From: an uncultured Flavobacteriales bacterium
GTDB taxonomy: Bacteria; Bacteroidota; Bacteroidia; Flavobacteriales_F; PHOS-HE28
Assembly: GCA_963706125.1 (NCBI GenBank)
Contig: CAVPLQ010000008.1
Location: 682,308-746,307, forward strand
Length of the DNA: 64,000 nt
Direction: 5' to 3'
In this document: piece by piece, positions 37,356 to 46,895 of the stretch
Position numbering within the stretch: position 1 is the stretch's first letter
How the letters are laid out: every line of letters starts with the position of its first letter
Notes under the pieces: generated by a model
Databases searched by the model: none
What the model was told of the DNA's origin: nothing
The model's input: only the letters and a program-made list of their open reading frames with translations
Translations under genes and position numbers: made by a program

Positions 37356-39717
37356 TCAATTGCGGAGCACCTTGCCCGTAGTTATGATCGATTGAAGTCT
37401 TTCCAGCGTCTTCCGCTGCATGCACAACTCCAAGAACGTCTTCCGCTCCAGGTCCAGCAGGTATTGCTCGGAAACCTCCGTCGATCTCCGAGAGGTCGCC
37501 GCCGCACATCACGTACCCCAGCTTCTCGCTGATCAGCGCGTCGTGCTCGCTGATGTAGTTGCCGCTCTGCATGCTGTTGGCGCCGACGTAAACAATGCCG
37601 AGGCCTTCCTTGCCGAGCACCTTGATGTCGCGGCGCATGGGCGGCTTGGTGTAGCCGCGTTCCCAGAGGGCGAGCGCGCATTCCTTGGCGTAGGCGAGCT
37701 GGTGTGCGCGGCTAACGATCACTTCGTCGATGCCTTCGCGCAGGTAGCCGAGGTCGAAGGCTTCTTGCCCGCTGGTGCTCACTTTGGCTTGGCCGATGGT
37801 GAGAAAGCGCTCGCGGAGCCGGTTGATGCGGATGTCGCCTTCCTTCAGTTCATCGCTGAGGCGCAGTGCGAATTCCTTGGTGCCGCCGCCGCCGGGTATC
37901 ACGCCGACGCCGAATTCCACGAGGCCCATGTAGGTCTCTGCGTGCGCCACCACTTTGTCCGCGTGCATGCAGAGTTCGGTGCCGCCGCCCAAGCAAAGCT
38001 GGTGCGGTGCGGCCACCACGGGGATGCTGCTGTGGCGCATGCGCATCATGGTGTTCTGGAAGGTGCGGATGGCCATGTCGAGGTCCTCGTACTCCTGTTC
38101 CACGGCCATCATGAAGATCATGCCCACGTTGGCGCCAGCGCTGAAGAGCGCGCCGTCGTTGTAGACCACGAGGCCTTTGTAGCCTACCTCAGCGATGTCG
38201 ATCGCTTTGTTGAGGCCCAGGATCACCTCTGCGCCGAAGGTGTTCATCTTGCTGCTCCAGCTCACGGCAAGGATGCCGTCGCCGAGGTGGCGCACTGTGG
38301 TGTCCTTGTTCTTCCAGACGATGCTGCTTTCCGGCAGGTCGGCAAGCACGATCAGTCCTTCCTGGCCCGGCACCGGCTTGTAGCTCTTGCTCGGGATATC
38401 GTAGAACAGCCGCTTGCCACCTTCACGTTTGTAGAAACTCGTGTTGCCTGCGGCCACGAAGTCCTTCACCCAAGGCGCCACCTTGACACCCTTCGCCTCC
38501 ATCTCCTCCGTTACCTCCTTCACGCCAATGGCCTCCCATGCCTCAAAAGGTCCCAGCTCCCAGCCGAAGCCGGCGCGCATGCCGTCATCGATGCGGTAGA
38601 GCTCGTCGCTGATCTCGGGGATGCGGTTGCTCACGTAAGCGAACATCGCTTGGAAGGAACGGCGGTAGAACTCGCCAGCCTTATCCGTGCCGTGGTAAAC
38701 GAGCTTGGTGCGTTCGCGCAGGTCGTCCACCTTCTTGGCGGCGTCCAGCGTGGCGAACTTGGGCTTCACCTGAGGCTTGTATTCGAGCGTTTTCAGGTCC
38801 AAGGAAAGGATCTCGCCTTTCTTGGTACTGCGATCCTTGAAGTAGAAGCCCTTGCCGGTCTTGCTGCCGAGCATCTGCTTCTCGACCATCTTCTGGAGAT
38901 ATTCCGGAATGGCGAAGAGGTCGTTGCGTTCATCCTTCGGGCAGTTGTCATGCACGCCTTTCGCGACGTTCACGAGCGTGTCCAATCCGACCACATCGGC
39001 GGTGCGGAAGGTGGCGCTCTTGGGGTGGCCGATCACGGGTCCGGTGAGGCGGTCCACCTCTTCCACGGAAAGGCACATGTCGTTGATCAGGTGGAAGATG
39101 TCCATGATGCCGAACACGCCGATGCGGTTGGCCACGAAGGCGGGCGTGTCCTTGGCCAGCACGGTGACCTTGCCCAGCACGCGGCGGCCGTATTCCTCAA
39201 GGAAGGCGATCACCGCCGGGTCGGTCTTCGGGCTGGGGATCAGCTCCAGCAGCGGCAGGTAGCGCGGCGGGTTGAAGAAGTGCGTGCCGAGGAAGTGTTT
39301 TGCGAAATCATCGCTGCGGCCTTCGAGCAAGGCGTGAATGGGTATGCCGCTGGTGTTACTGGTGATCAACGTGCCGGGCGTGCGGTATTTCTCCACGTTG
39401 GCATACACCTGCTGCTTGATGTCGAGGCGTTCCACCACCACTTCGATCACCCAATCGCAGTCCTTGATCTTCGGGAGGTCGTCGTCGAAGTTGCCGGTGG
39501 TGACGCGCTTCGCGAAACGCTTGTCGTAGATGGGAGAGGGGTTGCTCTTGAGAGCGAACGCCAGAGCATCGTCAACGATCTTGTTCCTCGGGCCTTCCTT
39601 CGGAACGATGTCGAGGAGCAGTACCTCGCAGCCCACGTTGGCGAAGTGGCAGGCAATGCGGCTGCCCATTACGCCGGATCCGAGGACGGCTACTTTTTTT
39701 ATCTGTCTGTTTGCCAT
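37356..39717 (-). pseudogene. fadB: fused 3-hydroxyacyl-CoA dehydrogenase / enoyl-CoA hydratase (FadB/FadJ-type), +1 frameshift about 130 nt before its stop (about 37485)
   Basis: MANRQIKKVAVLGSGVMGSRIA.. (Rossmann 3HCDH) through the crotonase domain to ..GYVMCGGDLSE. The native C-terminus (..PTEVSEQYLLDLERKTFLELCMQRKTLERLQSIITTGKVLRN, stop at 37356-37358) is in the +1 frame. In the track frame it reads through 8 nt of intergenic DNA into fadA. Confidence 0.8.
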
Positions 39718-40160
39718 TATTTGAAGAGTTCGTCGTTGTCTAAAAGCGTATTGATCTTGTTCATCACGTTGTGAAAGGTCTGTAGTTGGCCTGCGGGAAT
39801 ATTGGCGCTCACGGCCTCGTTAAAACGGATCACGGTGTCCTTGCTCAGGTCGCGCATCTGTTTGCCCTTGGCCGTCAGCATCACCCGGCTCATGCGGCCA
39901 TCGGAGCTGTCCGCCACGCGCCTGATCAGGCCTTCCGCTTCCATGTTCTTCAGGGTGCGCGTGAGGCTGCGCGCCTCCATGCCCATCTTGGGTCCGAGCT
40001 TGGTGCTGGGCGTTCCCTCGGGATCGATGTTCAGCAGCACGTAACCGATGCTCATTGAGCCGCCATGCTCCGATGCCTTCTCATTGTAGCGCCGCATGAT
40101 GCGATGCCACGCCCAGCGGATCGGATGGTCTATGGTCTCCTCGGGCCTCATGGTCGTCAC
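39717..40160 (-). CDS. MarR-family transcriptional regulator
   Basis: 147 aa winged HTH (..SIGYVLLNIDPEGTPSTKLGPKMGMEARSLTRTLKNMEAEGLIRRVADSSDGRMSRVMLTAKG..). Its stop TAA overlaps the fadB start by 1 nt. Confidence 0.8.
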   Translation of the reverse strand: MTTMRPEETIDHPIRWAWHRIMRRYNEKASEHGGSMSIGYVLLNIDPEGTPSTKLGPKMGMEARSLTRTLKNMEAEGLIRRVADSSDGRMSRVMLTAKGKQMRDLSKDTVIRFNEAVSANIPAGQLQTFHNVMNKINTLLDNDELFK

Positions 40161-40184
40161 AAGGTCCGAAGGTAATCAGGAATA

Positions 40185-40198
40185 GTATGCGTGCATAC
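40185..40198. promoter_or_regulatory. 14-bp palindrome GTATGCGTGCATAC 25 nt upstream of marR start; candidate MarR operator
   Basis: Perfect inverted repeat GTATGC-gt-GCATAC; same motif found at 33998-34011. Confidence 0.5.
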
Positions 40199-40268
40199 AA
40201 AATAACAAACGTGAACAAGCTGCTTTCGCTGGATGTTTGGATCACGCCTAAATAAGGAAAGAAGTGCT

Positions 40269-42324
40269 TTAGCGCATCAAGCTCAAGTGCCCGTGGAAGC
40301 TCTCGTCGTTGATCTGCACTTCGTAGAAGTAGACCCCTTCGCTCGCGGGTCCACCGTTCTCCTGCTTCCCGTCCCAGCCATTGTTGCCGCCGTTGCTTTC
40401 ATGGACCAGTTTGCCCCAGCGATCAAAGATCCGCAACTGGAAACAAGGGTCAAGCGTTTGCGTCGACTTCAGCTTGAACCGGTCGTTCACATTGTCGTGG
40501 TTTGGCGTGAAGACATTGGGCAGCTCGAAGTGTACGAGTTCACCGTACGGGGCGACCTCGATGGTTTGTTCGGCGTAGCCGGTACAGCCCGTGTTGGTGG
40601 TGGTCTGCAGACCGATGGTGGTGGGTCCGTTGAAGGGCAGCAGGAATTCGGGACCGTTCTGCCCGACGGTCGTGGCCGATCCGTTCACGGTCCAGGTGGA
40701 GCCCACGGTGTTCGGGCTGGTATCGAGGGCCCGGGCGAGGATGCCTAAGCAGGTGGTGTCCGTGGTGACGGTGAATTCCGCCGGTGGGGTGGTGAGGATG
40801 TTGATCGGTTGCATGGTCTCCATCGTGCATCCGTTCAGGGAACGCTCCACGGTGATCTGCCCGATGCCGGGGTCTCCCCAAGCGATGGTGACACAGCTAC
40901 TGTCGGAACCGGAAAGGATCGTGCCCCCGGTCACGGTCCACGCATAGGTGGCATTCTCGATCAGTTCGGTGCAGTATTCCGCGGTGGTCTGGCCGGAACA
41001 ACCGATGCCCAGTCCGGAGATCGTGGGCGGCGCCGAACTAGGCACTACGTTGATGGTGACGGTGGCGCTGAAGGTCCCGGGCGGACATCCTTCATCATAC
41101 ACCAGTACAGAGAAGTTGTACGGATCCGTGCTCCCCTGTGCGCAGACCGTGGGCCAGCAGAATTGCGTGGTGAGCAGGCTGTCCCCGGTGGAAGGCCCGG
41201 TGATCGTCGCGGGCGGGTCGGTCTGGGCATTGAGGAAGATCGCGCCGATGGCACTGAAGTTGATCACATCACCGTCGGAGTCCGTGAAGGTCATGGGGAA
41301 GCACAGGGTGTCCCCGGCCACCACTTCGTAATTAGCGACGAACTGCCCGTCCAAGGGCTGCGGTGCGGCATTGCTTCCGCTGCATGGCACGCTTAAGAGC
41401 TGCAGGTCGCTCCGGATCAGGCCGATCAATTGACCGTTCCGGTATTCCCTCACTTCCACCACCACCACCCAGTTGCCGATCATCGGCGCGACATATTCCG
41501 TGGCGCCGGTCACCGGGTCGATACTGGCGTAACCAGAGGGTCCGAAAGGCATCCCCGTGGTGATCCCCAGGCCGTATTGCACCGGCTGCAGGGGCCAGTC
41601 CAAAAGGGTGGGCGGATTCGATCACGCCACCGATGTCGTCCTGAGAGCCATAGGGCGTATCAAAACTGAACACGAGTGAATCTCCGTCGCTATCGATGGC
41701 CGCATTGCTGAACGCTGTGGTGTCGGAGATGCAGATGTACGGCACCGGTGTCCCGGTGAACACGGGCGAAGAATTAGCGATGGAGGTGGGTGGCATGTAG
41801 GAATAGAACCCCATGCCCGCTTCGCCGGGGTCTTGCAGATTGACGATCGCACCATTACGGGCGAAGAGCTGCAGATAGAGGTGAAAGCCGGTATTGCTGG
41901 CCGAGAGCACCACCTCGCCCTCCAATCGGCTTTCCTCCACGCACTGGCCATCGCCCAGGTTGCAGCCGGCGGGTATGTTGGGCGTGATCACGCCATAGGA
42001 AGTCAGATAGACCATGGCGGTCTGGATCTGGTTCTTGTCGGCGCCGGGCGCGGTGGGGTCGTCGGCATAGACCCCGATGGGCACGCCAGTCGATGCGTTG
42101 CCGAGCAGGTCGATGATCGAAGGAAAGCTTGAACCGGAGCCGCAGTTGATAAAGAGCCTTACGATCACTTTATACCTGTATTCCCCGGTCCCCGGAGCGG
42201 TCTCACCGAGATATTGATAGCCCAGATCACCACCGACGATATGGGTGGCGCGTGCGCTGAATGATGTGGCGAAGCAGGCCAATAAGAACAAGATCCGCAC
42301 AGGCCGAATAATGAATTGTATCAT
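40269..42324 (-). pseudogene. large secreted protein with T9SS type-B (gliding-motility-associated) C-terminal domain; frameshift near nt 41610
   Basis: ATG at 42322-42324 gives signal peptide MIQFIIRPVRILFLLACFATSFSA and ..THIVGGDLGYQYLG.. Frame breaks at ..QDDIGGVIESA|PTLLDWPLQPVQYG (ccc/tttt run at about 41605-41620). Continuation is ORF 40269..41603, with Cys-rich Ig-like repeats and the type-B CTD (..LPNVFTPNHDNVNDRFKL..IFDRWGKLV..WDGK..GVYFYEVQIND..). Confidence 0.65.
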
Positions 42325-42450
42325 CTGGCGTTTTTTTTGATAGGGTCCCCAAAGTAGGGAGATGGATCGATCTCGTGGGTTTTTTCGCCGAAAAAGCGGA
42401 TGTTGGTGCTTCCCGGTCCATATTTGACGACCGACCTGACGAAAATGTAG

Positions 42451-43353
42451 ATGAACACAAGCCCCATCCTTCCGCTGCTCGCCGTTGCCGTTCTTTTTGC
42501 CTGCCAGAAGGAACGACCGGACCCGGTCCCATCGGTTCCTGCGGCAACAGCTCCCCGCTTGATCATGAAGTTCAAGTTCGACAGCACCCAGGTACGCTTG
42601 GGCAGCTTCGGGGAACCGGTGTCGGTACCGGCAGGGCATGGGGCGCAAAGCCCGCGCTTCAACGTGATGAGCGCGCACTATGTGGAATTCACCCCCACGG
42701 CATCGACGGCGCTGGGCAATGGTTCGGTGGTGTACCAAAGCCCGTCCACCACATCAGGTGGTGCCACGGCGATCGATTTTTCGCATGAGGTGATCGTGGG
42801 GGATGGCGGCACCTTCCTCAATATCCCGCTTTCCTCCTTGGCAGCTGGCACCTATGAATGGCTTCGGGTCTCCTTGGCGTACCAGAACTACGACGTCGAT
42901 TTCCGCTACACGGACCCGCAATTTGGCCAGTTCAACCTCACCGGCACCTTGGCCTCCTTTATCGGGTACAACACCTACATCGGGAGCTATCAGATCGGCC
43001 AGCAAACGGTCACGGTTAATGGCAACAGGCTCCAAGGCTACTGGGGCTTTGAGGTGAACGATCCACCGATCCCGATGGCGCCCATCACCGGGCAGGCCCC
43101 CGGTACCACGGTGGTCAATCCTTTATTCGGCACTTCGGCCATTCCGGCCGGATCCTGCGTGGTCACCGGAGGTTTTGCACAACTGCTCACCATCACAGGC
43201 AACGAGACGCAGGATATCACGATTACCGTTTCGCTCAGCACGAACAAGAGCTTCGAGTGGAGCGATGCCGCTGGCGACAATATCTATGAGCCGCTCGCCG
43301 GGGATACGGTGGTGGACATGGGCATCCGCGGCCTGGTGCCGATCGTGGAGTGA
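42451..43353 (+). CDS. hypothetical lipoprotein
   Basis: 300 aa. MNTSPILPLLAVAVLFAC lipobox, beta-rich, no recognisable domain. Confidence 0.5.
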   Translation: MNTSPILPLLAVAVLFACQKERPDPVPSVPAATAPRLIMKFKFDSTQVRLGSFGEPVSVPAGHGAQSPRFNVMSAHYVEFTPTASTALGNGSVVYQSPSTTSGGATAIDFSHEVIVGDGGTFLNIPLSSLAAGTYEWLRVSLAYQNYDVDFRYTDPQFGQFNLTGTLASFIGYNTYIGSYQIGQQTVTVNGNRLQGYWGFEVNDPPIPMAPITGQAPGTTVVNPLFGTSAIPAGSCVVTGGFAQLLTITGNETQDITITVSLSTNKSFEWSDAAGDNIYEPLAGDTVVDMGIRGLVPIVE

Positions 43354-44103
43354 TCAAGCCGGGTCCCTCGGAAGGCGGGGCATCCCGTCCACCACAAGGA
43401 TCATCCGGTCGCCATCGTACCGGTATTTGACCCGGCTTGCGGGGAACATCACTTCCGTTCCGCCTTGGAGGTCATCATATAGTTGGAGGCTGTCCCCGGT
43501 GAAGGAGAACTCGAAGTGGCCGTCCGCGCCATGCACCATGGTGAGCGGTGCGATGTTGCTGCGCCTTTGCTGAAGGCTGTCAAAGCGTGTCTTCCATCCG
43601 CGGTCGGCCACGTCCAACCAACCGAGGTCGATGAAACGGTGACCTTTCAGCCAGAACGCGTTCTGTCCCCAGCTCTCCAACCCGCCATAGTTGGCCAGGA
43701 TGATGGTGCCGTCGGCGGTGTCGCCGGTGGAGAAGTAGGTGGGGAGCATCACTTCACTGTCGTAGGCCGGTTTGGAAACGGCGAGCACCTCGGCGCTGCT
43801 ATCCGGTCTTGGCCTGTATAGAATGAGCCGAAGTCCTTCCCGCATTTCGTCCACGTTCTTGGCGGCCATTACGAAGTCCCCATTTCCCAGATCGTGGGTA
43901 GTGTAGACCAGCAAGGTGTCGTTGCGCACGTTCTCGTCCAAGTTCGGTAGGTCCTTCAGGCTGAAGGTCTTGGCATCCGCCAAGGGAGCCAGCGCACCGG
44001 TCTGTGCGGTGGTGTCGGAGGATGTTGTGCCGACGGGGGCTTCTTCCGGTGAAGAGCAAGAGGCCAGCGCCAAGGCTGAGAACAGGATCGGAGAGTATTT
44101 CAT
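43354..44103 (-). CDS. hypothetical lipoprotein
   Basis: 249 aa with MKYSPILFSALALASC lipobox. Its start overlaps the stop of the upstream DUF2807 gene (44100..44807) by 4 nt. Confidence 0.5.
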   Translation of the reverse strand: MKYSPILFSALALASCSSPEEAPVGTTSSDTTAQTGALAPLADAKTFSLKDLPNLDENVRNDTLLVYTTHDLGNGDFVMAAKNVDEMREGLRLILYRPRPDSSAEVLAVSKPAYDSEVMLPTYFSTGDTADGTIILANYGGLESWGQNAFWLKGHRFIDLGWLDVADRGWKTRFDSLQQRRSNIAPLTMVHGADGHFEFSFTGDSLQLYDDLQGGTEVMFPASRVKYRYDGDRMILVVDGMPRLPRDPA

Positions 44104-44807
44104 TCCAATGGGGATACGGAACCGCTTCCGGAGACGGAGGATCTTACATCAGGTTTACCTGCGTACTTGACCTCGCCGCTCCCGGAGACTTTCGCGTTGA
44201 GCGTACTGATGGCCGTGATGGTGGCACTGCCGCTGCCGGATACCTTCAGGTCCACCTCGTTGGCCGTGAGTTCCTTCCCATACAGGTCACCGCTGCCGGA
44301 AAGCGAGGCATCCAATTCGCTGCATGTGCCGCTTACGGTGATGGTGCCGCTGCCGGATATTGCCAGTTCCAATTCCTTTTCGTTGATCCCGGAGACCGTG
44401 ATGCTGCCGCTGCCTGCGGTGCTCAGTTCGGTTTGGCCGGTGCCGAAGACGTCGTCGGTGGTGACGTCCGAGCTTCCATGCACCTCGATGTCGTTGAGCA
44501 GGGAAGGGGTGACGATGTGTATGGTGAATTCCGCATCGGATATCCAGCACTGGGAGGTCCGGATGTTCCAAACATCCCCTTTCACCTCCGTGTTTAGCAG
44601 GTCGATCAGCTCCGGCTGCGCGGTCACGGTGATCTTCTGTTCCGCTCCTTTTTCGATCGTGACCCGCATGGAGCCGCCCACCTCGATACCGGTGAACGAG
44701 GCCACCACAAGGGTCCGTTCTTCCACGGGGCCGCTACCTTTTATGCAGTTGATGTTGCAGCCGGTGGCAAGCAAGGCAAGGGCTGCTGCGAAAGCAAGGG
44801 TCTTCAT
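44100..44807 (-). CDS. DUF2807 / head-GIN-domain lipoprotein (putative adhesin-like beta-helix)
   Basis: 235 aa with lipobox ..LLATGCN. Repeated ..GSGSITVSG.. / ..ISGSGTITVSG.. / ..VSGSGSATI.. blocks characteristic of DUF2807. Confidence 0.6.
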   Translation of the reverse strand: MKTLAFAAALALLATGCNINCIKGSGPVEERTLVVASFTGIEVGGSMRVTIEKGAEQKITVTAQPELIDLLNTEVKGDVWNIRTSQCWISDAEFTIHIVTPSLLNDIEVHGSSDVTTDDVFGTGQTELSTAGSGSITVSGINEKELELAISGSGTITVSGTCSELDASLSGSGDLYGKELTANEVDLKVSGSGSATITAISTLNAKVSGSGEVKYAGKPDVRSSVSGSGSVSPLE

Positions 44808-44938
44808 GGGCGTGATGATGTTGGAAAGGGAGGTCAGGACGTGGTCGACCGCGTAAAGGAATGAAGGATCCCGGACTTTTTGAGAACCATGCCTCGCAAA
44901 AGGACGTATGACGCAATGATAAAAGCGGTTCTGCCAAG

Positions 44939-45553
44939 TTGCCGCCGAACAGGATCATGGAGTACGCCCTTCCGCTTCCGGAAATGAGCCATCGCTGGCT
45001 GGACAAGGCGAGGTCGCGTCTACTTGTGGAGCCCTCGGACATGCTTGTCTTTGAGCATTCCGGCGCCGTGCATGCGGACCTCATTCCCGACATGCTCGAC
45101 CTTGTCGAGGCTCGAAGCCATGCCTCCGGTGATCCGGTAGTGCTGCGCAAACGGTTGATCCACGTTCTGGTGGAGTCTGTTGACAATATGCGTCGGCATG
45201 CCTTGGGCATCATGGCCGATGCTTCGTTCGCCCTGTTGGTCAGGAACAAGGATGGGTACCGGTTCACTACGGGCAATGCCGTTCCCCATGCCACGGCCTT
45301 GCTTCTTGCCAAACGGGTGGAGATCTTGAACGCGATGGCGGCGGAGGACCTGAAAGAGCACTATATGAAGTTGCTCACCAATGATTCGCGGTCCACGAAC
45401 GGCGGAGCAGGATTGGGTTTGTTGACGCTTGCACGCAAAAGCATGCGGCCGATCATCACCACCAGCGATACCCTCGGACCGTTCACCTCATACTTTTCCT
45501 TCGAGCTGCACGTGTGCGGGGATATCGACTATACCGACTCTCCGGTGGCATAA
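44939..45553 (+). CDS. SiaB-like / histidine-kinase-like ATPase-fold protein (putative anti-sigma-type serine kinase)
   Basis: 204 aa. ..NGGAGLGLLTLARKS.. G-box-like motif near the C-terminus and overall resemblance to SiaB/DUF6272 family proteins. Tentative. Confidence 0.35.
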   Translation: MPPNRIMEYALPLPEMSHRWLDKARSRLLVEPSDMLVFEHSGAVHADLIPDMLDLVEARSHASGDPVVLRKRLIHVLVESVDNMRRHALGIMADASFALLVRNKDGYRFTTGNAVPHATALLLAKRVEILNAMAAEDLKEHYMKLLTNDSRSTNGGAGLGLLTLARKSMRPIITTSDTLGPFTSYFSFELHVCGDIDYTDSPVA

Positions 45554-46743
45554 GTGGTGAGATACGCGTACTTCCCGGTCAAATGTCCACCCGTGGCGAT
45601 GGTGGCGCGCTCGATCATCCCCTCGGCATCCGCGCCCGTCAGGTTTGGCAGCACGTTGGTCATCAGGTCGCGCCCGAAAGACTTTGACGAGTCGCGCGGA
45701 AGCTCGCAAGGAAGATTGTCCACGGACATCACGGTAATGCTGCCGGGCGCGCCCACGGAGCATTCTTTTCCAGTAGCGATATCGTAGCCGAAGAACGGTT
45801 CGGCAATGGTGCTGGCCCGCAAAGTGCTGTCGATGGGGCCGTCGATATCACAACTGATGTCGGCCACCACTTTCAAGCTGATGCCTTTGTCGCGCAGGTC
45901 CTCGGCTGAGAGGATCTTGGGGCCACGAGCATCCCAGAAGTGGCAGGCGATGTAGATCTGTGCCCGCTTGGCATACGGGATGAAGTCGGCATGATGGCCA
46001 CTTGGGTCCGCGTGGAACGCATTACGGTCGAACGGTTTTCCATCGTCCCGTACATACAGGTCCTCGCTGCCGAGCAGGGTGTACACAGGCCGGTCGTAGG
46101 TCTTTCCAAGGAAGTCCGCTGGGCTTACCCTGGTCATTCCCGCGCGATCCAAGGTCTCCATGGCCCCGTGCCCCACACGGCCCGTCCCGGTGAGCACCAC
46201 CCGGAGGTCCTTCGGAACAGGGAAGCTGGCCAGGTGCAGGTCCATTTCAGCTCGGTCGTGGCAAGCATGGGCTGGTTTCAAGGTCTTTCCTCCGCCCTCT
46301 GTGGCCTGCCAAGCGCGTACAGCGTTGTAGGCACCCACCACGCCGGCCCATTTGCCGAATGCGAGCACCCGCTTTCCCGTGGTATCGGTGAGCAGTTCAT
46401 GGTCCAGCAGGGTAATGCGACGCTCCAGCACGGTGCGCAAGAGCTTGGCATTGTGCGGCTGCTGCTTGATCGTGTGCGAAAAGAAGAGGTAGGCCTTGCC
46501 TGCCATCAGCATGTCCAACGGCACTTCCTTCACGCCGATGATGAGGTCGCGGTCCGTTAGGTCCTCCGTCAGACGCACCGCCTGGGCGGTGTATTCGGCA
46601 TCGGTGTAAGCCCGCACAGGGCTGCGCTGCACGGCGATGTCGATTCCTTGGAGCATGGCCTCGTGGCATTGCTTGGGAGTGAGCGGGACGCGACGGTCAG
46701 GCGGTTGTTTGCCTTCGCGGATGATGCCGATCTTCTTGAACAT
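45529..46743 (-). CDS. NAD(P)-dependent oxidoreductase of the AlaDH/PNT (saccharopine-dehydrogenase-like) family
   Basis: 404 aa from ATG at 46741-46743 (MFKKIGIIREGKQPPDRRVPLTPKQ..). Rossmann motif VVLTGTGRVGHGA. Resembles the lysine-ketoglutarate reductase/AlaDH family. Confidence 0.5.
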   Translation of the reverse strand: MFKKIGIIREGKQPPDRRVPLTPKQCHEAMLQGIDIAVQRSPVRAYTDAEYTAQAVRLTEDLTDRDLIIGVKEVPLDMLMAGKAYLFFSHTIKQQPHNAKLLRTVLERRITLLDHELLTDTTGKRVLAFGKWAGVVGAYNAVRAWQATEGGGKTLKPAHACHDRAEMDLHLASFPVPKDLRVVLTGTGRVGHGAMETLDRAGMTRVSPADFLGKTYDRPVYTLLGSEDLYVRDDGKPFDRNAFHADPSGHHADFIPYAKRAQIYIACHFWDARGPKILSAEDLRDKGISLKVVADISCDIDGPIDSTLRASTIAEPFFGYDIATGKECSVGAPGSITVMSVDNLPCELPRDSSKSFGRDLMTNVLPNLTGADAEGMIERATIATGGHLTGKYAYLTTYATGESV

Positions 46744-46895
46744 GTGATGGTTTGCGGGCGGCGAAAGTAGAAGTTGTTCCCGAGGCGTTCCCTGTCCATC
46801 GTCAGGGGATCGTTCACCGGTGATCGCAGCCCGGGATGATCTCCCTGTGGATCGCCGTATCTTTGTGATGTTCTTTGAAAGCACACAGCAGTATT

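Noticed and set aside
36172-39717. Genuine trifunctional FadB-thiolase fusion protein
   Set aside because: The 46 residues linking the two parts have no homology. The +1 frame yields the canonical FadB C-terminus and a stop 8 nt before the thiolase ATG. A single-base indel explains it (see finding).
37420-39774. 784-aa + strand ORF
   Set aside because: Antisense to fadB. Low-complexity Ala/Val/His-rich product with no homology.
44100-44807. Nucleotide-level tandem repeat in the DUF2807 gene
   Set aside because: The periodicity is at the protein level (GSGS-containing beta-helix rungs) with divergent codons. Not a DNA tandem repeat or variable-number locus.
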